Shown here: in pieces, positions 13,083 through 26,277 of the stretch
Layout of the letters: every line of letters starts with the position of its first letter
Numbering within the stretch: position 1 is the stretch's first letter
Origin: Massalongia carnosa
Taxonomy: Eukaryota
DNA: 64,000 nucleotides
Direction: 5' to 3'
Assembly: GCA_965645245.1 (NCBI GenBank)
Contig: OZ287077.1
Span: 682,001-746,000 of the forward strand
Translations under genes and position numbers: made by a program
Notes under the pieces: generated by a model
Told to the model about the DNA's origin: nothing
The model's database searches: none
Seen by the model: only the letters and a program-made list of their open reading frames with translations

Positions 13083-13815
13083 AAGGGTGTTTGTATACGT
13101 AGATAGGGTCCAAGCATAGATGTAGCTTAGGAAATAACAAGAAACTCCCTATAGTCTGCAAGTTTTCCAAGTGTTTAGCCCATGTCTATGGTGTTGGCTT
13201 TTTTTTGTTTTTTTGTGTTGATGCGCGGGCTTTGCAATTGTGCTTTAAGCTTTCGCTCAGAAAGAGCTGATCGTAAATTCATCAAAATCGTCAATTAACT
13301 ATGAATGTACTAACCCCCCTTTCCCCCTTTCCCCCTTTCCCCCTTTCCCCTTCTTCCCGCAGACAGAAACATCCCAACCCACCCACACAGTAAAACCTGT
13401 CCTAACCCCCCCATCCCACAAATATAGCAATGCCATATAGGAATCCCTCCCTCCCATAATCCCAAAAGCCCATCCATAATCCCAAATAAAGAATGGTCAA
13501 ATCGTGAATCCGTCAAATCATGAACCCCCGCCAAGACCGTTACACATTCACCGAAATATCCACCCCAGCCACCAACTCCTTCATCCATCCGGTCCATTAA
13601 AGTCTAAGGTGAGCCCCCTTGCGCCCCTAGATACATCTTCCCCTTCTCTCGGCCTATGATGAGTGAAAAGGATCCCGAGGTCCCGTAGCAGTGGTCTTTA
13701 TCCGTCCGTTCTGTCCTGTCCTGCCCTGTCTTGTTTTCGTTGAACAAGGTACTCTTGTGATATTGATGTGGTATCTCGTGGAACAGGGTTAGGTAGGAAC
13801 CAGGATATCGATGGT

Positions 13816-16800
13816 TCATAGGGCTTCCAATATCCTTTGTTGTGTGGGAGATAGCGTTCCTGGTGTAATGGCGTTCCGGTCTGCACCGTGGCGAAGCAGT
13901 AATTTGGCAATGGTCTCATTTTCTCGCTTGACTGCAGCCAACAATAGCGTTACACCATATTCATTTCTGATGTTAGGATCGGCGTTGTGTTCAAGAAGCA
14001 ACTTGACAACATTGTCATTATCATGAATAATAACTGCTTCCATTAAAGCCGTTCTGCCATTATTGTCTTGAATGTTAACATCGACGTTGTGTTCAAGAAG
14101 CAACTTGACAGCATTGCCATTATCATGAACAACTGCTTTCATTAAAGCCGTTGTGCCATTGTTGTCTTGAATGTTAACATCGACGTTGTGTTCAAGAAGC
14201 AACTTGACAGCATTGCCATTATCATAAACAACTGCTTTCATTAAAGCCGTTGTGCCATTGTTGTCTTGAATGTTAACATCGACGTTGTGTTCAAGAAGCA
14301 ACTTGACAACATTGTCATTGCCATAATTAGCTGCCACCATTAAAGCCGTTGTGCCATTGTTGTCTTGAATGTTAACATCGACGTTGTGTTCAAGAAGCAA
14401 CTTGACAACATTGTCATTATCATGAACAACTGCTTTCATTAAAGCCGTTCTGCCATTGTTGTCTTGAATGTTAACATCGACGTTGTGTTCAAGAAGCAAC
14501 TTGACAACATTGTCATTGCCATAATTAGCTGCCACCATTAAAGCCGTTGTGCCATTGTTGTCTTGAATGTGAACATCGACGTTGTGTTCAAGAAGCAACT
14601 TGACAGCATTGCCATTATCATGAACAACTGCTTTCATTAAAGCCGTTGTGCCATTGTTGTCTTGAATGTTAACATCGACGTTGTGTTCAAGAAGCAACTT
14701 GACAGCATTGCCATTATCATAAACAACTGCTTTCATTAAAGCCGTTGTGCCATTGTTGTCTTGAATGTTAACATCGACGTTGTGTTCAAGAAGCAACTTG
14801 ACAACATTGTCATTGCCATAATTAGCTGCCACCATTAAAGCCGTTGTGCCATTGTTGTCTTGAATGTTTACATCAATCCCTCTTGCAAGCAGCATTCTTA
14901 CTATTTTTTCATCTCTATTTAAACAAGCGTAGGCCAATGCCGTCTTACCACCTTGATCAATGGCATTGGGATTGGCATCATAATCAAGCAGAGTATTGGC
15001 AACATCTTCGTATCCTCCTTTAACAGCTTCTAATAGCGGCACTACACCTACTCCTTTAGGGTTTGGATTTATATTTCTTTCAAGTAGCATCTTTACGATT
15101 GTTTCATATCCGAATCGGGCGGCGTAGGACAATGCCCTAGTATATTTTTCATCTCTCAGGTCAACTATGGCGTACCTTTGAAGCAATAGCTGCACGACGA
15201 CCTCGTGGCCTTCTCCAGCTGCTAATGATAGTGAACTGGAAAGATCGGTATGATCCTTCTGCTTGAGCTCGCTTCTATCTTGAAGCAGTAGTTTTACCGC
15301 CATTTCGCTCCCCATATAGGAGTGCAACATCAAATTCGTAAAGTCTTTTGGATATTCATGGTAACTATAAGTACTTCTCCAAAAAATATGGAACCATGTC
15401 ATAAATCGGGAAGACTGCGTATCGCATATTCTCGATTTTATTTTCAGTAGCCTCTCGTCTTCTCTGACATTGCGAAAGTGACCCGGCCAGTAGTGCGCTG
15501 AATAGTCAAGGAAAAGGTATTTTGCGATATATTGCACATATGATTTGTTTACAATAGAATTATAGTAATCAGTAGTGTCATCTATTATATCCAAAGGCTG
15601 ATACTCAAATTCGTCTAGCGAAAGGAAAAAGATACAGATCTTTGTAAGAACCATATGTGATTCGGCGTTTTCAAATGAGTGCTTCCATTCCTTCTGAAAG
15701 CCATGGTCACTAAGCGTACATGGTATACATGGAGAAGCTTTCTCTTGGAATATCAGAAACTCTTTGGCTGATTGATGAATCAAATAGATTTTATTATCTA
15801 TGACGCTCACAAACAATCCGCAGAGGTTTTTGATATCAGACCCGAATTTTTCCTCTGGGTCAAGATCAAGATCTTTATATGATTTGGTATCCTTTTCAAC
15901 ATTAATTGCAACATTCATCTCTTGAAGTGTTAAGGGCCGTGTTGCTGCAAGGACAATATGGATCACCTTCCTTGCTTTTTGCGGATCTGGGGATTTCCTC
16001 AAGATCGCCTCGTAAGCTTCGTAAACCGAGTTAGGGATTTCGGAAATAAACCTGTCCACGCGTTTGGAAGTATTGATCATTATGGTTTTCTTGATACCAT
16101 CTAAGATGAGATATAACCATAGGTAGGTTCTGTTCTTTATCTCCAGAAGCCGTTGTTCAAGATAGTCTTGCGTTTCGCCATCCAGCTTCAAGCTAGCCGC
16201 AAGACTTGGGACTCTGGCTTTGATGACCATGTCAATCTCGGATTGTATTATCTCGGTTTCATCTTCCCCTGCTAAGCGGATGGTAAGATCGCCAAATCGA
16301 CGTTCTATATCGGAGTAAGGTCGACTTGTAATGAGAAACTTGAGCTTGCCATCATGGTGCTTTAAACGAGTGTAGTATTCGTTCAAAACATCTATCAGAG
16401 CTTCCTTTCCAGCTTCTTCGCATTCATCAAGAGCATCAAGCACACATATAATCTCACCGGCTTCAGGGTTTTCAGCGGCCTTGATGAGTATTGCCCACAA
16501 TGTCAGAAATGATTCAGTCAGCGCTTCCCCATGGGTCCTAAATTTCTCTAAGGCCTCTCGAAGTAGAACCTGCTTTTGTTCAAATAGCTGATGCAGCAAA
16601 GCGCATAGAGCCTTGGTCACAGTCTTCTGTTCCTTACTGTCATCTTTAAAAAAGAAGTAACAAATACTTCGTGCCTTCGAAGCACTCAACTCATTCTCAA
16701 TAAGTGATTTTGACAAAACAGATTTGCCGCAGCCAGGATCTGCAGATACCCAAAGCAAACTTGACTTTTCATCATCCCTCCAGTTGCGAAACTTCTGGTT

Positions 16801-18031
16801 TCCTAAGAACCATTTGCAAGTCCCAGGCACTCGATCAGGATTTCGTGCCTTGTGTTCCTCATATTTGGACGTACGGAGAGTTTGATGACATTTGTTTTCT
16901 TCATCAATTGTACGCCAATTCTTCTGCTCGTCTCCAACATTCTTGAATACTGTCAAAATCTCGTCAGCAGCCTGCTGCAAGTCTTTGAACTTCTCTTCTT
17001 GAGAGCGAAGTAAGTCTTCCATTTGACGGTTCTGCTCCTTAAATCCGCTTTCCAGCCTTCCAGAATCGATTACACGAAGAAAGGCTTCGCATCCAGATTC
17101 GAGCTTCTGAATAGCCAATATGTCCCAGTCATCCGCCTTAAACATATTTCTAACATGCTGTACCACTCCATTGCGTGAGAGCTGGCATACAACTTGAGCT
17201 TGATAAATCAATATCTCTAAATAAAGCTTCGTGACTTGACCCTCAAAGCTGCTCTTAAAGTTTATTAGGTCTCCTTGACAGCTGAATGATTGAAACAACA
17301 ATGCACCATCTTGACGATACACCCGCTCGATGACGGTAAATCGGCAAATCAAAGTAGAAATATAGTCTAAGCCTTCAACAAGAGCGTCATGTTGTTCTCT
17401 AGGATTTAGAAGTAGCTGGTGAAAGAAACGTCAGTCTTATATATCTTCTACATGTAGTAGATGTTATATGGCCGACAGATAACCATATCATGTGGTAGAA
17501 AAAAATAATTGACTTGGGCCGGTAATCAACAAATCCCTTTATTTCGATTCAGAAAGTACTCACCGGTAGAAGCACGCACACTCCAGCCCATGCTAACGTA
17601 GCATGTGGATCAGCACTCGCTGCCGCTGAGACAAAGGCCTTCCCAAATAGCGCAGCTTTGATAATTCGGTCTTTAATCTCTATTGTCTTGCTTCCTAAAT
17701 GGAGGCTCCATCGATCCTTCTCCATAGCTTCCACCTTCTGGTTTACAACTGCTGCCAATTGTTCCTCTCTTTCAGAAGCATTCAAGGTGCTAAGGCTGAC
17801 CATGGATGCTCCCCGAGCTTTAAGCTCGGAGAGTAATATCTTTTCGTAAGCATCTAAGAGCTTCTTACTATCCTTGTCATCGCTCAGCAATTTGTATGCT
17901 CGATCCCATAAGTCTTTTGGTTCATTGCTGGAAGTTGAAGAGGGCTCCGAACTAACCTGAGCCTGAGCCTGAGCCTGAGCCTGTGCCAGAGCAGCATCAG
18001 GTTTTTTACGTCTGAATGAGAGTCGAGGCAT
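13816..18031 (-). CDS. Fungal NLR-like STAND protein: NACHT_N (Goodbye-like) N-terminus, NACHT, winged helix and ankyrin repeats; intron 17563-17416
   Basis: N-terminal DLWDRAY...ADPHATLAWAGVCVLLP|LLLNP. Walker A ADPGCGKS and Walker B ICVLDALDEC, plus FLITSRP and ATRPLTLQEM. About 14 ankyrin repeats at the C-terminus. Confidence 0.92.
13983..14874 (-). repeat. Nine near-identical tandem 99-bp (33-aa) ankyrin-coding repeats
   Basis: The plus-strand unit core cgttgtgttcaagaagcaacttgaca...cattaaagccgtt...gtcttgaatgttaacatcga recurs with a 99-bp period. The C-terminal unit has a 3-nt insertion. Confidence 0.95.
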
Positions 18032-19685
18032 CGTTTCTCGTAAGATTCAATGTTGAATCTCAAATGCCGTGGAAGAGAATACTGAGGGGCAGTGCAAGGC
18101 TGTGAACCAGTTTTCGCGTGTTGACCAATTAGATTTTCGTTGAACTAAATCTGTTTAACTACAACTTGCCTCAACTAAACGACAAGATTGAAGGCTATAC
18201 AAATATGCGACACTTGGAGCAAGCCAAAAGTTGTTCTGGCTTTTGCGACATCGTGCCGCAGGTTCGAATGCTGAGCTGATACGAATGTCGAGTTCTTATA
18301 AACGATAACAAAAGATCATGCTGTACAATGCGCAGCGTCGGTACAACAATTGAGACTAGCCACATGTTAGTACTGAAGGAGGCAAAGAGTGCTTCCCCTG
18401 CAATATCAGTCCAAATCGGGAGCAAATGTGGACGGCTTCATTCATTGTTATGAGCGATGAAAAAATGTTCTTTCCAGACAAGTTTTAGTGCTTGAGCTCA
18501 TGACGTACCCATTCAGCAAGTAGGATGGGCGCTCTTACTCTTAGGCTATAGCCCCTAATCATATGGTGCATCAAGTGACAAGAGATCCCCCCTTCATACG
18601 CCTCAGGATTGAACTTATTCCTTCTCAACTTCAACTCTCCTATTTCCCCAGTTTCCTTATCAAACATATAGAGTAGTGACTATCTTTCGTTCGTCTGACT
18701 TGATTCTCTTTCAGAACCGAAAAGAATCTTTATCAAGAACCTGCACTCTGCTACTGCCTTTCATATCGTTTCATTAAATTCTTGGATATGAGTTCCACTT
18801 AGCACACGTTCTCCGTTCGATTGATCAAGACTGTCGGAATACATAAAGTGGGGATGGCGCTGAACGACATTTTCTGAGACCAATGAGAACAAAACCTAAC
18901 AAATTCAAGCGTGATTAAGTGTCATGCCTAATAATTCCATCCTTCATGCTCTGCGGATCGGAATGTGATCCTCGTATTTGCCTTGACGCCTTTATAGAAA
19001 CACGGGTTGTGATCAATAGTTATCGAATTGAAGCACTAGCGGCTGCTACAGAGGACTACATAACAACCCGCCGAAAAACGCGGAATTGCGATCTCCGGCC
19101 AAGGCAGCAACTCAATTTACACAGCATGTTATGTGAGTAGTGACTAGGCAAAGAATCAAACTATGTCCTCAGGTGGCAACCTTTGTGTCTTCAGCCTATG
19201 GTTCATTTTACGAGTTTATTTTCTGATGCCAGTATACTCGTTGTTGCGTGCTCTATCACCGCCTCTCGAGAACAACTATCCCCCCCAAATAACTAAATGG
19301 CATCAAATACCATTCCTTGACGTCTAGTGTTTGAGCCAGCATAGATACTGAAGTAACCCAAGTGATGCGTCAAGAAAATCGCCTCATCCTTGGGTGGCTT
19401 CAGTCATCTATCGCATTATGTCTTATCCATTGACAAGCGATAAGAAAGCTTGCCTTAATAATAGGCCTCCTAGGTAGTTATGGTAGCTAGAATCCAAGAT
19501 GGTTATTAGGGTTAAGGTCCTTAAAAAAAATTGCGGCTTGGTACATCTTGTAAATTACACGAACGGGGTTCTAGCTATGTTACATAGCTTAACGGACTGG
19601 GCTGAGAATGGAACTTGTACCATATCTCGCCTGGCAAAGAGTTCTACGGATTTTCAAACTAACTTATCATCCCACCTTCCTCAGC

Positions 19686-20477
19686 ATGCGCTTCTTATTT
19701 CTTCTCGCTGTAATTTATACCAAAATCGCCTACGCGCAATCGGCTCAGCTGGTTGAAGCAAAATGGGGCTCGGAATTGTCTGATAATGACTTGAATCAAG
19801 TGCCTGCGATGAACTCGCAATCATCCAACGATCTCATGGAGTCGATTCCCTTTGGTGAAGGCATTGATGCGCAGTTTGGCTCCAGCACACCCACCTCTAA
19901 TGAGGAAATCAATCTGGACCAATCGAACTATGATCTTATGACCGTCGATTCCAACGCTGTGATCAACGGAAACAATTTTTACGCCCAATGCTCTTCTAGT
20001 AACGCCGCAGCGCCGGGCATAATGCGAAGGGGCAAGTTATTCTGTCCTGAAGTTGAATCCGACAACGGCAATGACGACGTCAATGAGCGCAAGGTGAAAG
20101 CGTCCGACGAGCAGTACGACGAGAAAACCACGATAATCAATGAAGAGATCGCCGAAAAGGACGCTGCCTGGGACAGGAAATACGGCAGTAGTTTAGATGT
20201 TTCGCATCTCGTTGACAGTATTAAATATCTTTGCTCTGCGGTTGGGGGGAGCTGGTGGTGGATTCCCCTTTGCTGCTTAGGTCCCGAGAGGCAGATCCAA
20301 GATCGTCAAATCAATGGAGTTGTGGGGGTCGTTTGGCAGATGAGTTGTGAAAATTATATCCCAGGACGTCCTAGATGCAAAGACCCTAACCGGCGATTTT
20401 GCTGTCATCGTTTGAGCAACGCTCCATGGCGTTGGGGATTTTTTGGAATAGATTGTATCCATATGTCTCATGCCTAA
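19686..20477 (+). CDS. Putative secreted Cys-rich protein (effector-like), about 263 aa
   Basis: The likely start MRFLFLLAVIYTKIAYA (ATG 19686) looks like a signal peptide. An acidic Asn/Asp/Ser-rich pro-region is followed by a C-terminus with CC, C, C, CC, C cysteine spacing. Confidence 0.65.
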   Translation: MRFLFLLAVIYTKIAYAQSAQLVEAKWGSELSDNDLNQVPAMNSQSSNDLMESIPFGEGIDAQFGSSTPTSNEEINLDQSNYDLMTVDSNAVINGNNFYAQCSSSNAAAPGIMRRGKLFCPEVESDNGNDDVNERKVKASDEQYDEKTTIINEEIAEKDAAWDRKYGSSLDVSHLVDSIKYLCSAVGGSWWWIPLCCLGPERQIQDRQINGVVGVVWQMSCENYIPGRPRCKDPNRRFCCHRLSNAPWRWGFFGIDCIHMSHA

Positions 20478-22299
20478 TAATTTACATTGGCTGTTGCTAC
20501 ATCATTATACACAATTATGGCCTGTGGCACCGTCTGGATTAGTTGCACGGGTTCAAAATAAAATATTTGGCTACAAATGAACGGGGTGCTAAGGCCTGGT
20601 TTTTTTATCATCCTTTTCTCTGCTTGCCGAATGAGACTGGAGGCTAGGAGAATTGTTTTTGATCTGTTGGAACTGTGAGCGGAATGGTACTACCACTACG
20701 TAGGATAAAATTGCTCCTATTTATGCCCGTTCATCAGTCATTCCAGAAGCCTCCATTCCCATCTCATCTCATCGGTTGCCTTTTCCGATGCGATTTCTGA
20801 CTCCATACAAATTTGCCACCGCCACAGGCCTTTTCTTGCCGAGATAGATGCAAATTGCTTTGTCAGCTGGTTTCGGTATCTGGCATCGGTTGCCCGTTTT
20901 TGATATTACTTCTCGGGTAACCCGTCCCCTTTTCTCATTCACACAGCATAATTTGAAGATCGAGACGTTGTTAATCGAGACAAGCAATTACTTTTTTTTT
21001 TTAAAAAAATGTAATAGTTCTCATTTCTCAAACTATTGTGTATGGAAGAAACCTGGAGCAACAATTATCTTCTCTTGACGCCGCCACAAACTACCTTTCT
21101 CTTTCCAGTCCACTTGGACACTTCTAGTTAATATATTACTTTAAAAGGGAGTAGTCTAAACCTGCGCTAGACTTTACGAATAATGCTTGGAAACTTATAC
21201 AAGAATTTGTGTTGTTCAGATGGTTAAGTAGCAAAGAAGGGCTTAACAAGATTTCTTAGTTATCTAACTAACCTTTCTCGTGCTTTTACCCATATGTTTT
21301 CCCTTTTGCACACTCTTTCCCTAGCATACAAATATTTCTCCAAATTGATTATGTTATTCAGAATATCGATATTTCTATCTCTGTCGGATCAATTTTTTGT
21401 TAGTAAATCACCATTAAGCTTTATGGTTCCGGACCCCAAGAGTAGCATAAATTTTGAATTCTCTAGAGGGAAGTTCATTACCAGTTGCTTTTGACGAACT
21501 GGGTTCTATCATAGTTTCGACATTCCGAGAAAATATTATTCATACAGAGGTTCCATTCAATTCGTAACCCAGAATAATCCATTCGGTCTCTCGTCTATAA
21601 TATCGTCAACCAATTCCCTTTACCGAGGGAACGAGACCTGAGACCGAAAACGAGCACATTTTCCCCTCATGGTGATTAGGCCCTCTTCGCCTTGTGCTCT
21701 TCTGTGCCAAAGAAGACTGAGCCAATACGATTTGCAGTCGTAGTGATGTATATTGGACGGCTGAAGTGTTGTGGTTTTTATGTTATTGTTCACATCAAAT
21801 GAGCCAAGCTTTGGAGGAGACATTGGTGCATGGGTAATCCTATCGCTTGTACAGCCTCATAATCAACGGGACGTGGCAACATGCTCCTTGGGTACTAAGT
21901 ACTACAAATTGCCCCGGTATATTTCCCTAGTAGTTATTTTTAAGTACACCTCGCTGATTCTACACCCATGTGCGCTCATGATTCCTATGAAGCCCGGGGG
22001 GGCTTGTTATGACGTGAAATATCTGCCGACAAGCGGTTCCGACTGATTGACCTTCATCTAGGGAGCCAGAACTATTTTCAGGTGATAGTAATAGAGAGAG
22101 AGATAAAAAGGAGATAGGCATAGGCATAATATCTGGAGATGAAATAACTTTAATCTTCTCCATCGAGAAGGGGTCACATGCTTGTTCGGTCAGGTAAGGG
22201 AAAATTCAAATTAGCTATTTAACAAGCTCCTCAACTCCTCACTCCCACCGAGTTTTATGTGAAAGAGGCAAAATCACAACATACAAGGGAAACATAAAA

Positions 22300-23263
22300 A
22301 ATACTCAAATTCAGTAAAATAGGCCAAGGAAACTGCGGAACTATTTAGGCACCCGCAGAAGGAAACATTCACGCGTTTAAGAGGAGACGGCAACATCAAC
22401 AGATCCCTGTCAAATGACTTTACAATGCACAAACGCATTCTCAAAAGCGTAACTTAACCCATCGAGTTGAGAGGCGCCGGCTTTTCTCCACATATCCAAA
22501 TTCCGTATTGCCATCGCTTTATAGAAGCCGACGATGAAGAGTGGTGGGATGAGCACCTTGCAAAATTTCCGGAAGGTTATTCTCCATGCCAGGTGTTAGA
22601 ATCAGAGCGTATCCCATGCGTCCCTCGCCACATCAGGGAATTCCTCATCGATAAATATTGCCCCGCATCTTTAACCACAAAGATCAAGGCAAGCATACCT
22701 GACCGAGACTGTCTTATCCGACCATATCTAGGCCGTCGAAAACGCGTTTTCAGTGATAGTAATCTGCGGCCGACTTTTCAGCCTTTCTCTCTCCGAAATT
22801 ATTCGCTGCATGTTGATCAGATGGAGCAGTTGGACCTGGGCGCTGATATTGAGATCTATGCTAGTATGATGGCTAAAGCTTTAGCCATGATCCATCGGTA
22901 CGGGGAGATTACCGCGGGCGATATTGAGTTTGGCCTGGCTCCCCCTCGACCTGGCATGCAGGCGACGTTTTCAAATGCCCTTGGGGACCATGTTATGTGG
23001 CTGCTCGATTTCGACTCTTGTAAGCCGATGTGGATGAAAAAGGCGTTGAAGAGGCCGTCCAGGCTTTCTTTATGAATGATCCATATTACCCTCGTCCAGG
23101 CCAGCCATTGTGGAAAGGATTTCGAGAGCAATACCTGCAGGTTAGTTCCCGTATAATCAGCCGCGAGCAAAATGATCGACGAACACTACTTCCGAAGGAC
23201 TTTATTCGGAAGGTTGAGGAGGAACAACGACAGAAAGACAAGGTGAAAGAATCCGTAGATTGA
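22300..23263 (+). pseudogene. DUF3669-family (fungal kinase-like fold) pseudogene
   Basis: KIGQGNCGTI* (TGG>TAG), NDFTMH, LESERIP, DCLIRPYLGRR, FSLRNYSLHVDQMEQL, WLLDFD, then a frameshift near 23028 into AFFMNDPYYPRP. Several stops and frameshifts; the 5' end is uncertain. Confidence 0.75.
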
Positions 23264-25026
23264 GAATGTATTATTCCTGCTATCATTCGTAAGCTTCCAT
23301 CCCTTCTCAGTCTTGCATGGGCAGCAAGTCAATCGATAAGGTCTGGGGGGTGAAGGAGGTGGAAGAGAGTGAGAAAACCATCGGCAGCTTCGGCAACTCC
23401 TCTGCATAGAAAGAATACCGCCATTAGCCTCCAAGAAAACGTGTAGTGGCAGCACCAAACCGAGCTCCAGCACTGTCCCCGAAACACTATGTCTCAACCA
23501 TTCGATCATTGGAAAATTGATCAAGTTAGACGAGACGGGTATAACTCGAGACATAGCTCGTAGAACTAAATTTGCTAAGTGGAAGATACCAAGGGGGATG
23601 CTCCTTCCGTAAGAATCTACACAAAGTCCTCAAATAGCAGCTTACGCGTCTCTTTATCCTTCTCATGATTTACACTTACACCTGATCAGAACCTGTCAAG
23701 AACTGAAATGATTCCGTAAAATGAACTCCTGCAGGACAATAAGCCCAACATCGATCGCTGATTCAACCTCCAAGCATCTTGCCCAAAGCCAGATATGCCC
23801 ATGAAGATTCTCGAAATGGAGGGGATTGGGTTGGCCCACGGAGAAGAGAAGAGCAGAGCAGAGAAAGTTCATATCATGTTTGTAAGAACGCATGTAAGAA
23901 CTTATGTAAGAAGCCAGACAAGTGGGTACGTAGGCATGGATGTTGGTCAGTAGATGGATAGGAACATGAAACCAAGGAGATTATTCGGCCAGGGCGGAAT
24001 GGTAACACTGAGACCTAAGCGGTAAAAAACCTGTCAAGCGACGCAGTCTGATAAGGGCCGATTGATTGAGGTGGATATGGAATAAGTCGATGACCGAACA
24101 AGAAACGAAAAGGGGGGCTTGTTAGAGTAGCCGCTTTGACACCATTCTCTCCATCATCATCGTTGGGTCGGGGTTCAGCATTAGAAAGTCTTTTTGTTAG
24201 TTAGATAAATTAACCACATTTGTTATCCACTAGAATCGTTCAAATGTTCGTTTGCTTGTCAAGCCATCTTTTCTTCATTCAAAACCACTTCAGCCACGCC
24301 TTTTCTCCGGTCTCAAAGCCGCACCAAACCTCTTTCTCCTCGAGGAGATCTCTCTGACTCTGCTCAACAAAGCACTCGACCAGCGCGAGCTTTCCGAACA
24401 TCTCATTATTCCGAATTCTTAAACCCCTTCCCCCCAACCCAACCCAACCCAAACCCCCTGGCTCCGCTGAAATATATCAAGAATCGATGAACGTCCAGGG
24501 AGTTAGAGAAGTAGATAGGGAGGGAGGTAGGTAGCTAGGAGGGTAAGAAAGGTATCAGAACGTGACGTGAAGGAATAGGAAAGTGATCAAATTCTTCTAT
24601 CTGAGAAAACTAAAGGAGAGCATGAGACGGTAATAAATCAGAGAGAGGGAAATCAGAGAGGCAATTTTGAAAGACAATAAAAATAAAAGTGCAAGGAAGC
24701 AAAAAAGGAAAAGCTTCTTGAAGGAATTTTAAAATTTCCACCTACCTACACATACTTTAGATTCCTTACTTATTGAGAATCCTACTGTTCCTCGAAACTC
24801 ACCATTTCCCCGTTCGCCGAGAATTAACAGGGGTTTCCCATTCCGTCATCTTGAAAGGTTCTCCGAGAGAGTCTCGAGATACGCCAAGTTTTTGACCTTT
24901 CGCGGGAAGATACTCGTATGGTTTTGGCAACGGCATAACTACCTCTATACTCGTACATAGGTAGCAAAGGATGCGAGATAGCAACGGATCAGCTCCAGAA
25001 CAACCACCCCCCACAGGCTAGCACTC

Positions 25027-26110
25027 ATGGCCGACACAGGCCCAATCTCCACATCTGACCGCATCCGCGGCTCCCTCTACGGCGTCGCCGTGGTTGATGC
25101 TCTCGGAGGCCCAGTGGAGTTCTGCCCACGAGGCAGCTTCCCGCCCGTGACGTCGTTTCGGCACAACGACACGTTTGGCCTACCGCCGGGCACCTGGACG
25201 GACGACACGTCGATGACGTTCTGCCTGGCGCAGTCGCTGATCGACACGCGGGGAGAATTCGTCGCGCAGGACCAGGCGCGGAAGTACATCGCCTGGTACC
25301 GAGAGGGGTACATGAGCGCCACGGGGGAATGCTTCGACATCGGAGGCGCGACGCGCATCGCGCTGGAGATGTGGGACCAGTACTTCGCGGGGGAAACGGG
25401 TGTGGATGTCACCGATCCCCAAGGCCACGCGGGGGGTCAAGCCATGATCGACAAGGTGCTGAAGCGTGAGGTCCGCGTTTTCCCCTCCCCCCCGGCGATC
25501 CGAAGGGATGTAAACTGAAGTGGTTTATGCTCGTTCCCAGGTGCAATGCGGCAACGGGTCTCTGATGCGCCTTGCGCCCATCCCCCTGGTCTACCACCGC
25601 ACGCCCGCCATCGCCCTACAAAACGCCGCGCTCTCCTCCATCCTCACCCACCCGCACCCGACCAACACCGAAGCCTGCCAAGTCTACACCCGCCTCATCA
25701 CCCTCATCTTCTCCTCGTCGCCTCCCCCCAAAGCCGAGCTCGCCACCACGCTCGCCACGTACCCGTTCGCGGCCGGGAAACTGCGCGACCGGTTCCGGAA
25801 GTACACCGATCTCGCCTCGTTCGCGGCAGTCGGGGAGGACGGGATCCACAGCTCCGGGTATGTGGTGAGCACGCTGGAGGCGGCCTTGTGGGCGTTTTTC
25901 ACCACGGACGGGTTCCGCGAGGGCGCGCTGAAGGCGGTCAATCTGGGGTACGATGCCGATACGGTGGGCGCCGTGTATGGCGGGTTGGCCGGGGCATTTT
26001 ATGGTGTTGGGGATGTGCCGAGGGAGTGGCTGGAGGGGCTGGCCAGGAGGGATATGGTGGAGAAGGTGGTGGAAGGGGTGGTGAAGTTGGTGGAGAAGGG
26101 CGGTTATTGA
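25027..26110 (+). CDS. ADP-ribosylglycohydrolase (ARH/DraG family), intron 25471-25540
   Basis: Motifs VDALGGPVEF, GTWTDDTSM, CFDIGGAT, GNGSLMRLAP, SSGYVVSTLEAALW and NLGYDADTVGAVYGGLAGA. Confidence 0.92.
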
Positions 26111-26277
26111 GTGGAGTGCTAGGGAGGTGTTTAGCGCCGATATACCGACTTATTTAATACCAGGGATATATGGTTCGTTGGCGATTTTCCGTTTCTGGCT
26201 GACTGAAGCCTTCCATTTACGTCGTCGTTACTATTCGTCAAACTCATACGACACACCAGCTCGCAAGCTACCGGGAT

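Noticed and set aside
13983..14874. CRISPR-like appearance of regularly spaced repeats
   Set aside because: The period is 99 bp, in frame within an ankyrin-coding ORF, with no unique spacers and no cas genes. The context is eukaryotic.
17900..18031. N-terminal amyloid signalling motif in the ankyrin NLR
   Set aside because: The AQAQAQ tract is a (CCTGAG)n microsatellite. I saw no HRAM-, PP- or sigma-like motif and no adjacent HeLo/HELL effector gene.
20760..21620. Degenerate minus-strand coding-like sequence
   Set aside because: It has multiple stops and no identifiable family.
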